Of a stretch of 37,662 nucleotides of DNA, positions 16,560 through 25,984 are shown in pieces (the stretch's first letter is position 1; the number at the start of each line of letters is the position of its first letter). This DNA comes from a virus, in IMG/VR virus record IMGVR_UViG_3300042922_000419, positions 1 through 37,662 of that record, one strand, 5' to 3'. The notes beneath the pieces are model-generated. The model was not told where the DNA came from, searched no databases, and saw only the letters and a program-made list of their open reading frames with translations. Both the position numbers and the translations under genes were made by a program.

Positions 16560-16572
16560 CAGGGGTGAGAAG

Positions 16573-17145
16573 ATGGCGAAAGCTAAAATGAATACAAATA
16601 CTAACGATAACGCTAAGATAATTGAATTAACAGCACAGGCTGCAGCTGAAAAAGTAGTATTGGAATTTCAAAAAAAAGGATTATTGAAAGATACTAAACA
16701 ATCAGCATTTCAAAAGACTGAAATTCTTTTATATAATTATAATAGTTTCAAAGACGCTATAAAGGAAAAGCGTAAGCAAATTAAAGAAGTAAAATCATAT
16801 GGCACCAAAGAAAAAAGTAAAAGCATAACTTCATTCAGTTCTGGTGGATCATTTAGTTCCAAGGATGAAGGTGAGAAAATAGATGACAAAGTTGAACAGT
16901 TGGAAAATTCAATTACAATTACAAAAAATTTAATTTCTGTAATTGATAATAGTTTAGAAAAATTGCAAGATGATCAGTACTTTGAAATTATAAAATTAAA
17001 GTACTTTGAAAAGAAAAAAGGTGAAGACATTGCGGAATATTTTAATGTTGAAACTTCAACCATTTCAAGGAATAAAAACAGACTAATTAATGTATTGAAA
17101 ATATACTTATTCAGTGATGATGTAGTTAATGAATTATTTTCATAA
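16573..17145 (+). CDS. Late transcription regulator, sigma-70 region-4/ArpU-like
   Basis: C-terminal GEDIAEYFNVETSTISRNKNRLINVLK. Position is immediately upstream of the packaging genes. Confidence 0.55.
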   Translation: MAKAKMNTNTNDNAKIIELTAQAAAEKVVLEFQKKGLLKDTKQSAFQKTEILLYNYNSFKDAIKEKRKQIKEVKSYGTKEKSKSITSFSSGGSFSSKDEGEKIDDKVEQLENSITITKNLISVIDNSLEKLQDDQYFEIIKLKYFEKKKGEDIAEYFNVETSTISRNKNRLINVLKIYLFSDDVVNELFS

Positions 17146-17172
17146 TGCAATTTCCGCGCAATTTTGGTGCTA

Positions 17173-17201
17173 TGGACAAATCAATATTAAAGGATTATAA
17201 T
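17173..17201 (+). promoter_or_regulatory. Promoter TGGACA-17-TATAAT
   Basis: TGGACA 17173..17178, 17-nt spacer, TATAAT 17196..17201. Confidence 0.5.
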
Positions 17202-17284
17202 TGTATTATCGAAAATTCTGAAAATTGAATCATATGTCGTACGTCAGAGCAAGGATAGCACTTTTCTCAGACAAGAGCTCCGAG

Positions 17285-17312
17285 AGACACTCAATAAAAG
17301 GGTGTCTTTTTT
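17285..17312 (+). terminator. Rho-independent terminator
   Basis: AGACAC 17285..17290 / GTGTCT 17302..17307 followed by a T-run. A second hairpin, GCGATAC/GTGTCGC, lies at 17352..17372. Confidence 0.6.
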
Positions 17313-17458
17313 ATTTAACACATGTACCATGCGTACAAAGTGACTCTGATTGCGATACTCATAAGGTGTCGCTTTCTGTATTAGGTTGATGCAGCAATGC
17401 ATAGGGATATTACTCATAATGTCAAGGGTGGGGACTGAGTAAATAAGAAGGTGATGTT

Positions 17459-17764
17459 ATTAGAAAAGAATTAATAGCAGCAATTAAACAAGGTAATGAA
17501 TTAAAGTTTTATAAAAGTTCTGATTGGAAAAAGAAAAGATATGACATTTTATATAGAGATCAATTCGAATGTCAGAAGTGTAAAGAGCATGGAGGTTTCA
17601 GTAAAGCTAAATGTATTCATCATAAGAAACATTTAAAAGAATATCCAGAGCTTGGACTTACTGATAATAATTTAATAAGTCTTTGCGATGCTTGCCATAA
17701 TGAAGAGCATCCAGAGAAGTTGCATTTTGAAATTAAAAAGCCATTAACAGTTGAGAGGTGGTAA
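17459..17764 (+). CDS. HNH endonuclease (start codon unresolved)
   Basis: CQKC...IHHKKH...NNLISLCDACHNEEH. The frame is open from 17447 but contains no ATG, GTG or TTG. Options are ATT at 17459 after GGTGA, or the ATG at 17454 in another frame. Confidence 0.7.
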   Translation: MRKELIAAIKQGNELKFYKSSDWKKKRYDILYRDQFECQKCKEHGGFSKAKCIHHKKHLKEYPELGLTDNNLISLCDACHNEEHPEKLHFEIKKPLTVERW

Positions 17765-17766
17765 GT

Positions 17767-18018
17767 ATGGGAGTATCAAGGTTAAGTGAGAAGTGTCGCA
17801 AGTGCAAGCATGTAGATACATGTAATCATAAAAGGATGGAAGCATTAGCATATATGAATGAAGTATCAGAGAATGCTGGAATAAATACTTCAGCACCTAT
17901 AATGCAACCGCATGATTATAGAGATATAAAGATAGATGCTAATACTACAGTTACTATTGATTTAGAAAAATTAAAAATGAAAATCAACCAACAACTCTAT
18001 GGAATGCATTTAATATAA
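17767..18018 (+). CDS. Hypothetical Cys-rich protein (83 aa)
   Basis: The ATG at 17767 follows GAGAGGTGG. Motif CRKCKHVDTC. Confidence 0.5.
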   Translation: MGVSRLSEKCRKCKHVDTCNHKRMEALAYMNEVSENAGINTSAPIMQPHDYRDIKIDANTTVTIDLEKLKMKINQQLYGMHLI

Positions 18019-18131
18019 ATATTTAAAATATTATACCCCCGGTCGAAATAAAACGCATTTTAATATGTAACGTGGGAACGGTAAGGGTATCAGACAAGAG
18101 AAAGATTTTAGAAAATTAAAGATGTAGGGAG

Positions 18132-18464
18132 GTGTTTGACATTACTAAACGAAGTGAATTAAAGCGAGATATCTTAGACCAACTTGAAAGAAATGGAGTT
18201 TATGGAAGTCAATACACAGACCTTGTAGAAGATTATATGTCTATGTGGGATATAAAAAACAAATTACAAAAAGATATAAGAAAAAGAGGAGTTGACATTG
18301 AGTGGGATAATGGAGGCGGTCAAAAGGGTGTCAAGAAAAATGACTCATTGACGCAGCTATATAAAATCAACTCTGAGATGCTCAACATTAGAAAAGAGCT
18401 TGGACTGCAGCCAGGAAAAAATAAGGCGGTAACCAATAAAGATGAAGACGACTTGGAAATGTAG
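18132..18464 (+). CDS. terS: Terminase small subunit (P27-like)
   Basis: Position upstream of TerL, overlapping it. LVEDYMSMWDIKNKL...NIRKELGL resembles the P27 family. The GTG start overlaps the SD sequence, so the start is uncertain. Confidence 0.6.
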   Translation: MFDITKRSELKRDILDQLERNGVYGSQYTDLVEDYMSMWDIKNKLQKDIRKRGVDIEWDNGGGQKGVKKNDSLTQLYKINSEMLNIRKELGLQPGKNKAVTNKDEDDLEM

Positions 18465-20118
18465 GCAGAAAGATTATCATCCTTACATAGATAATTATAT
18501 TGATGATTGTCGGAGCGGCAAAACCATAGTAGGCGAAGACATATTATTAGCATTAGACATTGTAGAAGAAAAACTTAATAATCCTGATGTCTTTATTGAT
18601 GTCGAGAAAACAGATAAAGCAGTTGAATTGATAGAGAAATATTTTGAAATCACTTTATTTGACTGGGAGCTTTTTGCCACAGCATTAATACATTGCTACT
18701 ACAAGTCAGATGACACAGTAGTTTTTGATGAGTACCTTATAGAAATGGGAAGAGGCAACGGTAAGAATGGGTTTATAAGTCCAGTTGCTTGGTATTTAAC
18801 AACACATTATCATGGAATCAAAAGCTACAATGTCGATATTATAGCTAATAGTGAAGAACAGGCAGAAACTTCTTTTGATGATGTATATAATGTTTTAGAA
18901 AACTTCAAAGATAAAATTAAGAAATTTTTTTATTGGACTAAAGAAAAAATTTTAAATATAATAACAAATTCTTATATAAAGTATAACACATCAAATGCCA
19001 GAACAAAAGATGGTAAAAGATCTGCATGTTTAATTTTTGATGAAATCCATGAATATGAAAACTATGATATGATTTCTGTTTTTACAAGTGGATTTGGTAA
19101 GAGAAAACATTCCAGAATATTTTATATAACAACGAATGGCCATGTTCGAGAGGGTGTCCTCGATGATAAGTTGAAACTGGCAAAAGATGTATTAAACGGA
19201 ATTATTAAGGATTTAGGATTTTTACCACTACTTTATCACATAGATTCTGAAGAAGAAGCACTTAATCCTGAAATGTGGCATAAAGCTAATCCATCTTTAA
19301 AGTATTTGCCTGAACTAAAAAAACAGATGAATAAAGAATTTATACAAATGAAATACACTCCTTCGATTGAAAGAGATTTTTATACTAAGAGAATGAATTG
19401 GCCAAAAAGCAATGCAGAATTGCCAGTTACTGAATGGGTAAATATAGAGGCAACAAGTAAACCTCTACCAGATCTAAAAGGGAGAAGTTGCACAATAGGA
19501 ATTGACTATACAAAAATTACGGACCTTGCATCCGTTGACATACATTTTAGAGATGGAGATTTAAGGTTTGATATATCTCATTCTTGGCTATGTCTTAAAT
19601 CTTCAGATCTAAAAAGATTGAAAATACCATGGCAACAATGGGCCGATGAAGGAAGGTTAACTTTAGTAGATGATGTTGAAATAAGTCCTACTTTATTAAC
19701 AGATTATATTATAGAAAATACCATGCATTATGATATTAAGGCAGTTGCAGTAGATGATTTTAGGTATGCATTAATTGCAAAAGCTTTAAAGGAAATTGGT
19801 GTTGATAAAGAACATAAAAATTTATATAAAGTTAGGCCTTCAGACATAATGAAAATACAACCAGTTATTGAAAGTATATTTGTAAATCATAATTTTGTAT
19901 GGGGTGATGAGCCTCTTTTGAGATGGGCTACAAATAATACTAAATTAATTGCCTCTGGTAAGAAACAAGGAGAGGACAAGGGTAATTTTGTATATGGAAA
20001 AATCGAAGCAAAGAGCAGAAAAACAGATCCGTTCATGGCTTGTGTTCATGCTACTGTAATTGAAAATTTATTGGATACTGGAGCGAGTGAATATAATGAC
20101 TTGCCAGTTATTACATAA
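18442..20118 (+). CDS. terL: Terminase large subunit
   Basis: Walker A-like GRGNGKNG, Walker B LIFDEIHEY, C-terminal nuclease segment GIDYT..D. 558 aa. Confidence 0.9.
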   Translation: MKTTWKCRQKDYHPYIDNYIDDCRSGKTIVGEDILLALDIVEEKLNNPDVFIDVEKTDKAVELIEKYFEITLFDWELFATALIHCYYKSDDTVVFDEYLIEMGRGNGKNGFISPVAWYLTTHYHGIKSYNVDIIANSEEQAETSFDDVYNVLENFKDKIKKFFYWTKEKILNIITNSYIKYNTSNARTKDGKRSACLIFDEIHEYENYDMISVFTSGFGKRKHSRIFYITTNGHVREGVLDDKLKLAKDVLNGIIKDLGFLPLLYHIDSEEEALNPEMWHKANPSLKYLPELKKQMNKEFIQMKYTPSIERDFYTKRMNWPKSNAELPVTEWVNIEATSKPLPDLKGRSCTIGIDYTKITDLASVDIHFRDGDLRFDISHSWLCLKSSDLKRLKIPWQQWADEGRLTLVDDVEISPTLLTDYIIENTMHYDIKAVAVDDFRYALIAKALKEIGVDKEHKNLYKVRPSDIMKIQPVIESIFVNHNFVWGDEPLLRWATNNTKLIASGKKQGEDKGNFVYGKIEAKSRKTDPFMACVHATVIENLLDTGASEYNDLPVIT

Positions 20119-20135
20119 AGAGGAGGTGAGAAGAT

Positions 20136-21305
20136 GTGAGTTTAATAACATGGTTAGTAAATAGAATTAGTGGAACTACCGAACCGACAGAAGTAGAGAT
20201 TAAAGAATTTTTTAATCTACAGGCCGAGGTTGTTATTAGAAATTTGGCGTTTCAAACCGCTGTTAATCTAATAGCAAATGCAATAAGTAAGTGTGAATTT
20301 AAAACATTTTACAAAAATGAAGAAGTAAAGAAACAAGAATATTATTTATGGAATATCGAACCAAACAAAAATCAGAATTCCAGCGAGTTTATCCATAAAT
20401 GGATTTCTAAACTCTATGAAGAAAATGAATGTTTAATAATTGAAACAAATGGACAACTTTTGGTAGCGGATACTTTTAGTAAAAAAGAGTATGCGCTTTT
20501 TGATTGTCAATTTACTGGTGTAACTGTTAATGGATTTACTTTTAATAAAACATTTCTAATGAATGAAGTAATGTATTTTAAATTAAATAATAATGACATT
20601 AGAAAACTTATTAATGGAATGTATGAAAGTTATGGAAAATTAATTTCTTATAGCATGAATGCATATCAAAGGTCAAGAGGAACAAAAGGTATTTTCAAAT
20701 ATGAAACCTTGCCAGTAACCGGTACTGATGATAGAAAAGCATTTGATGCTTTAATAAATGAAAAAATCAGTAAATGGCTTGCAGGTGATAATGCAGCATT
20801 ACCTTTAGGGCGTGGGCAAGAATGGAAAGAGCTTACACAGAAAACTTATGCGTCTGATAGTACAAGAGATATAAAGGCAATGGTTGATGATATTTATGAC
20901 TTTACAGCCAGGGCGATTTGTATTCCTTCTGTAATGTTAAAAGGTGATACCGCAAGCTTAGGTGACGAAGTAGTGAATAATCTTCTGACATTTTGTGTAG
21001 ATCCTCTGACTGATATGCTGCAGGAAGAAATCAATCGTAAGCGTTCAGGGTATGCTGGATTTAGTCAAGGTACTTATTTAGACATAGATACTAAGTGTAT
21101 TAAGCATATTGACTTATTAAGCGTTTCAACCGCTATAGATAAACTTATTTCAAGTGGAGCATTCAGCATTAATGACATTAGAAAGCTTGTAAATGAAAAT
21201 GAAATTGATGAAGATTATGCAAATCAACATTTTATAACTAAAAACTATGCGTCTGTAGAAGATTTGATTGCATCGTTTAATTCAGGAGGTGACGGTAATG
21301 GTTAA
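20136..21305 (+). CDS. Portal protein
   Basis: 389 aa, located between TerL and the prohead protease. GTG start after AGGAGGTGA. Confidence 0.75.
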   Translation: MSLITWLVNRISGTTEPTEVEIKEFFNLQAEVVIRNLAFQTAVNLIANAISKCEFKTFYKNEEVKKQEYYLWNIEPNKNQNSSEFIHKWISKLYEENECLIIETNGQLLVADTFSKKEYALFDCQFTGVTVNGFTFNKTFLMNEVMYFKLNNNDIRKLINGMYESYGKLISYSMNAYQRSRGTKGIFKYETLPVTGTDDRKAFDALINEKISKWLAGDNAALPLGRGQEWKELTQKTYASDSTRDIKAMVDDIYDFTARAICIPSVMLKGDTASLGDEVVNNLLTFCVDPLTDMLQEEINRKRSGYAGFSQGTYLDIDTKCIKHIDLLSVSTAIDKLISSGAFSINDIRKLVNENEIDEDYANQHFITKNYASVEDLIASFNSGGDGNG

Positions 21306-22206
21306 AATTTCTAATAAGGAGATGATCCAGCCTATTCTAAATAAATTTGAAGGAGGTGAACTAATGGCAAAAGGAATGAAATTAAACTTACAATTATTTG
21401 GAGAAAAACCAAAAACCATTTGGGAATTAAAACAAGCAGTAACTCCAGGTACATTAGAAATGTACATATATGGAAACGTACAAGGTGACTATTATGATTG
21501 GTGGAAAAATGAAGAAGTAGAAAGTGAGACATCTGCAAATCACTTTAGAAATGAACTGGCCAAATATCCTGATGTTACACAAATAGACATTTACATAAAC
21601 AGCTACGGTGGCAGCGTATTTGAGGGAACAGCTATTTACAGCCAATTAAAAAGACATCCAGCAAAAAAAATAGTGCATGATGACGGTTTTATCTGCAGTG
21701 TTGCAGCTACAATTGCAATGTGTGCAGATTGGTTAATAATGCCACGTAATACCATGATGTTTATTCATAACGCAACAAATTACGCATACGGAAATTCTAA
21801 GCAGTTGAGAAAAGCAGCTGATGATCTTGATGTAATTATGCAAGGTAATATTCAGGCTTATCTTGAGAAATCAAATGGTAAGATTACAGAAGAAAAATTA
21901 ATTGAGCTAATGGAAGCGGAAACATGGCTGACAGCTCAGCAGTGCTATGAATATGGTTTTTGTGATGAAGTTTTAGGACAAGAAGTTGATTTGACTGAAG
22001 CTAAGCAATTGTTGCAACAAATGAATAAAACATTAGAGCAACAATTGAATTATAACAAAGCTTTATCAGCGCAGTTTAAAGAATTAGTTGTAGCTCCTGT
22101 ACAAAAAACACCTGAACCGAAAGCGCCACCAAATGATCCAGAACCACCAAAAGAAAGTAAATTTAATAGATTTTTAAATCAAATAAAAAAAAAAGAGGAG
22201 AAATAA
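21298..22206 (+). CDS. ClpP/S14-type prohead protease with C-terminal scaffold-like tail
   Basis: INSYGGSVFEGTAIYSQL, ICSVAATIAMCAD, MFIHNA. The ATG at 21298 follows AGGAGG. Confidence 0.85.
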   Translation: MVKISNKEMIQPILNKFEGGELMAKGMKLNLQLFGEKPKTIWELKQAVTPGTLEMYIYGNVQGDYYDWWKNEEVESETSANHFRNELAKYPDVTQIDIYINSYGGSVFEGTAIYSQLKRHPAKKIVHDDGFICSVAATIAMCADWLIMPRNTMMFIHNATNYAYGNSKQLRKAADDLDVIMQGNIQAYLEKSNGKITEEKLIELMEAETWLTAQQCYEYGFCDEVLGQEVDLTEAKQLLQQMNKTLEQQLNYNKALSAQFKELVVAPVQKTPEPKAPPNDPEPPKESKFNRFLNQIKKKEEK

Positions 22207-22207
22207 C

Positions 22208-23434
22208 ATGAAAAAACTAAAATTACAATTATTTGGAATGAAAAACAAAGATATACTTCAACAAAGAAAAACAGATGCTTTAAATAAAATAGCACAGGCA
22301 CAAAAAGACGACAACATGGAAGCAATGGCTCAAGCTTGGAATGAGCTATCAGAAATTAACCAGGAAGCAGTTATGGAAGAAGCAAAAGGTTTAATTCAAG
22401 CTGCAGATACAAATGTTTTAATTGGAAGAGGCGTTAGACAATTGACATCAGAGGAAAATAACTATTATCAAAAAGTTATTGATGCAATGAGAACATCAAA
22501 TCCACAACAAGCATTAACTGATTTAGATGTTACTTTGCCAATAACAACTATTGATGCAGTATTTGATGATTTAGAAACTACTCATCCACTGTTAGATTTA
22601 ATTGATTTTCAAAACACAAGTGGATTAATTGAGTTCATTGTAAATACAAATGGTGCTGAATTAGCAACATGGGGAACTTTAACATCAACTATCGTAAAAG
22701 AGCTTACAAGTGGATTTAAGAAAATCAACATGAGCTTGCATAAATTATCTGCATTCTTGCCAGTCGCAAAAAGTATGCTTGATTTAGGTCCTGTTTGGAT
22801 GGATAGATATGTTAGATCGATATTAGCTGAAGCATTAGCATTAGGTTTAGAAGAAGCTATTGTAAACGGAACTGGAAAAGATATGCCTATAGGTATGAAT
22901 AGACAAGTTGGTACTGGTGTTGTGGTTACTGACGGAGTTTATCCTTTAAAAGAAACTGTAGCAGTTGTAAGCTTAGATCCTGTATCCTATGGAACATTAA
23001 TAGGAGGGATGGCAGTTGATGCAAATGGAAAGGCAAGAATAATTAATGAAGTAATTATGGTTGTAAATCCAACGGATTATTTAACTAAGGTAATGCCAGC
23101 AACAACTGTAAGAAGCGCTGATGGTACTTATGTAAATAATGTATTCCCATTTCCAACAAGAGTTATACAATCAACTCAACTGACTGCAGGCAAAGCAATA
23201 TTCGGACTTGGTAAAAGATACTTTATGGGAATAGGCACAGCTAAAACAGGAAAAATTGAATATTCGGACGAATACAAATTCCTTGAAGATGAAAGAATTT
23301 ACCTTGTAAAACTTTATGGACATGGTGAGCCACTTGATAATAAAGCATTTGTTTATGCTGATATTAGCGGTTTAGTTCCTACTATTCAAGAAGTATCAGT
23401 AAATGGAATAGTTCAAACTCAAGAGGTGGTGTAA
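22208..23434 (+). CDS. Major capsid protein (HK97-like)
   Basis: 408 aa directly after the protease. N-terminal KLKLQLFG propeptide-type motif. Confidence 0.8.
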   Translation: MKKLKLQLFGMKNKDILQQRKTDALNKIAQAQKDDNMEAMAQAWNELSEINQEAVMEEAKGLIQAADTNVLIGRGVRQLTSEENNYYQKVIDAMRTSNPQQALTDLDVTLPITTIDAVFDDLETTHPLLDLIDFQNTSGLIEFIVNTNGAELATWGTLTSTIVKELTSGFKKINMSLHKLSAFLPVAKSMLDLGPVWMDRYVRSILAEALALGLEEAIVNGTGKDMPIGMNRQVGTGVVVTDGVYPLKETVAVVSLDPVSYGTLIGGMAVDANGKARIINEVIMVVNPTDYLTKVMPATTVRSADGTYVNNVFPFPTRVIQSTQLTAGKAIFGLGKRYFMGIGTAKTGKIEYSDEYKFLEDERIYLVKLYGHGEPLDNKAFVYADISGLVPTIQEVSVNGIVQTQEVV

Positions 23435-23437
23435 TAG

Positions 23438-23812
23438 ATGAAAATTAGGGTAATTAGGTCTTTTGTAGACAAGTACTCTATGAAATCTAAGCCAAAAGGA
23501 ACTGAGTTTGAAGTTACTGAAGAGAGGTTCAGCGAATTAACCGCTGGGCCTCGTGGTATTTTTGTAGAGGAAATTAAAGTAGAAACTCCGGTCGATCCTC
23601 CAAAGGAGCCATCTGAAAACCAAGTACCATCTGCAGATGTAAATCCAGCTGAGCCACCTAAGGAGCTGGAACCACCAAAAGAAGAAGTTATGGAAATTAA
23701 TTTTGATAACATGACTAAAAAAGAATTAGTAGAATACGCAAAAGAAAAAAGTATTGAATTAAACATGGAAATGACTAAAAAAGAAATGATTGAAGTTCTG
23801 CTCAAAAAGTAG
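23438..23812 (+). CDS. Head-associated protein with Pro/Glu linker and HeH/Rho_N-like C-terminus
   Basis: PPKE repeats. MTKKELVEYAKEKSIEL and MTKKEMIEVL helix-extension-helix-like repeats. Confidence 0.55.
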   Translation: MKIRVIRSFVDKYSMKSKPKGTEFEVTEERFSELTAGPRGIFVEEIKVETPVDPPKEPSENQVPSADVNPAEPPKELEPPKEEVMEINFDNMTKKELVEYAKEKSIELNMEMTKKEMIEVLLKK

Positions 23813-23820
23813 GTGATTAA

Positions 23821-24111
23821 ATGGCTTTATTAGATGATTTCAAAGAAAAGCTAAAAATTACATGGAATGATGAAAATACAGGTTTAGAGGATAGTATTTC
23901 AAGTGGTAAAACATACATTCAATCAATAACAGGTACGACATTAGATTTTGAAGTAACTGGAGAACCTCGTACATTGCTGATTGAATATTGTCGCTATGAT
24001 TATAATAATGCAATTGAATATTTTGAAGAAAACTTTGGTAGCAGGTTGTCAAGATTAGCATACATGGAAGAAATTAAAGAGTATCAAGCAGCTCAAACTG
24101 AGGTGATTTAA
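23821..24111 (+). CDS. Head-tail connector (gp6-like)
   Basis: Size and position after the capsid module. Confidence 0.55.
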   Translation: MALLDDFKEKLKITWNDENTGLEDSISSGKTYIQSITGTTLDFEVTGEPRTLLIEYCRYDYNNAIEYFEENFGSRLSRLAYMEEIKEYQAAQTEVI

Positions 24112-24112
24112 T

Positions 24113-24484
24113 ATGATTAAATCCAAACAGGATGCCATGAAAGATGTTGGCAAGGTTTTAAGGCAAAGAATTGATATACAAAAGAAAACTATAACTAAAG
24201 ATTCTATCGGTAATCAAATTGAAGATTGGCAACCATGGAAAAGTTTTTGGATTGAAGCCAATGGATTGTGGGGGGCTGAATATTACGCTGCAGCTACTCA
24301 AAATCAAGAAAACACAGTTGAACTTACTTTGAGATATTGTAAGGATTTAGAGTTGATTAATACTTTTGAATATAGAGTTATTTTTAATGGCAAAACCTAT
24401 GACATTAAAAATATAGATAATATTAAGTACGAAAATACATGGTTTAAGCTCAAAATATTGGAGCGTGGTATAAGTGGCAGTTAA
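24113..24484 (+). CDS. Head closure / head-tail adaptor protein
   Basis: LRQRIDIQKK...DSIGNQIEDW...ELTLRY...RVIFNGKTYDIKNI fits the head-tail joining family pattern. Confidence 0.65.
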   Translation: MIKSKQDAMKDVGKVLRQRIDIQKKTITKDSIGNQIEDWQPWKSFWIEANGLWGAEYYAAATQNQENTVELTLRYCKDLELINTFEYRVIFNGKTYDIKNIDNIKYENTWFKLKILERGISGS

Positions 24485-24845
24485 AATAAGCTATCACGAT
24501 TTAGGATCTCAAATAGTAAGCCAAATTGCTGGTGCTTGTAATTACGCATCTGATGTTGTTGATGCTGCAGGTGAGGAAGTTTCTAAGGAAATGGTAGAAG
24601 AATTAAAAGCTACTTCTCCTGAGCAATTTGGTAAATATAAAAAAGCCTGGACATATACAAGAACAGGCTATTGCAGTTATAAGGTCCATGTTAAAAAACC
24701 GCACTATAGATTAACTCATTTACTTGAAAAAGGACATGCTCTAAGAAATGGTGGAAGATCTAAAGCAATACCACATATAGAGCCTGTTGAAAGAGTATAT
24801 GTTAAGAAATTTAGAGAAAAGGTAGAGGAGGCGTTTAATCTATGA
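24474..24845 (+). CDS. HK97 gp10-like tail-completion protein
   Basis: Position and size, overlapping starts. Confidence 0.55.
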   Translation: MAVKISYHDLGSQIVSQIAGACNYASDVVDAAGEEVSKEMVEELKATSPEQFGKYKKAWTYTRTGYCSYKVHVKKPHYRLTHLLEKGHALRNGGRSKAIPHIEPVERVYVKKFREKVEEAFNL

Positions 24846-25141
24846 TGAATTTACAAGAGTTTTTAGAACAGACAGGTTTACCAGTAGCTTATCATCATTA
24901 TGAAAACCCTCCTAAATTGCCTTATGTGGTTTATTTATTTAATGACAGTGATAATTTTGGAGCTGATGATAGAGTATATAGCAAAGCTGACGACTATGAC
25001 GTTGAGTTGTACTCTGACATCAAGGACCCAGTGACTGAAAAGATATTGGAAGATCTATTTGATGAATATGATATTTACTACGAAAAATCGGAAGAATGGA
25101 TTGAAAGTGAAAAAATGTATGAAGTAATTTATGAAATATAG
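24842..25141 (+). CDS. Tail terminator/completion protein (hypothetical)
   Basis: ATGA overlap, located just before the major tail gene. Confidence 0.45.
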   Translation: MMNLQEFLEQTGLPVAYHHYENPPKLPYVVYLFNDSDNFGADDRVYSKADDYDVELYSDIKDPVTEKILEDLFDEYDIYYEKSEEWIESEKMYEVIYEI

Positions 25142-25155
25142 AGAAGGAGAAAAAC

Positions 25156-25974
25156 ATGAATAAAGTAAAGTTTGGATTAAAAAACGTACATTATGCTGTT
25201 ATTACTGAGTTAAACGGTACAGTAAGTTATGGCTCTCCAAAACATGTTCCTGGTTCTGTTAATTTGGTGCAGAATGCTGCAGGTGAAACTGTAACATTTC
25301 ATGCAGATGACATGGCATATTTTGAGGAAGACACGAATAACGGCTATGATGGAACTTTGGAAATGGCATTGATACCTGATACATTTAGAGTTGATGTTTT
25401 AGGGGATGAAATAGATACAAATGGAGCATTGATTGAAAATGCTAATGCAACAACTAAGAAAATTGCATTGATGTATGAATTTACAGGTGACATTAACAAG
25501 ATAAGACACGTAAACTACAATGTAAAAGTTTCAAGACCTAATATTGATGGTTCTACAAAAACAAATACTAAAGAGCCAAAAACTGAAACTATGAACATTG
25601 CTGTAAGACCTGCAATTGATACTAATGATGTTAAGTCTAAGTTAGAGCAAGGGAAAGCTGGTTATGACACATTCTTTAGTGCTGTATATCTTAAAAATGC
25701 TGCTATTAACACAGTAGCTCAAGCAACTGCATCATTTAGTAAAGCAGCTCCAGCTGATTTAACTATTGATTCAACTTCAAGTGATGGCACTAATAAGGTT
25801 AAAAATGTAATGCTTGATGGTGCAAATATAGGTGGTGTAAACTTAACGCCTACTGGTGTAGATGTAACGATTAAGAGTACATTTATTTCAACTGTAGCAA
25901 TAGGAATACATGTTATTACTGTTGAATTTGAAAAAGGAAATGCAGTTACTGTAACATTGACTGTAACAGCTTAG
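25156..25974 (+). CDS. Major tail protein (phi13-like) with C-terminal Ig-like domain
   Basis: MNKVKFGLKNVHYAVITE...GSVNL...FHADD N-terminus. T/V-rich beta-strand C-terminus. Confidence 0.75.
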   Translation: MNKVKFGLKNVHYAVITELNGTVSYGSPKHVPGSVNLVQNAAGETVTFHADDMAYFEEDTNNGYDGTLEMALIPDTFRVDVLGDEIDTNGALIENANATTKKIALMYEFTGDINKIRHVNYNVKVSRPNIDGSTKTNTKEPKTETMNIAVRPAIDTNDVKSKLEQGKAGYDTFFSAVYLKNAAINTVAQATASFSKAAPADLTIDSTSSDGTNKVKNVMLDGANIGGVNLTPTGVDVTIKSTFISTVAIGIHVITVEFEKGNAVTVTLTVTA

Positions 25975-25984
25975 GAGTGATTAT

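Noticed and set aside
23419-23805. 128-aa reverse-strand ORF nearly co-extensive with gene 23438..23812
   Set aside because: It is a shadow ORF: Ser/Gly/Phe-rich and low-complexity, with no RBS, and it interrupts a uniformly plus-strand structural operon. The same reasoning applies to 27422..27898(-), 26798..27040(-) and 26462..26698(-).
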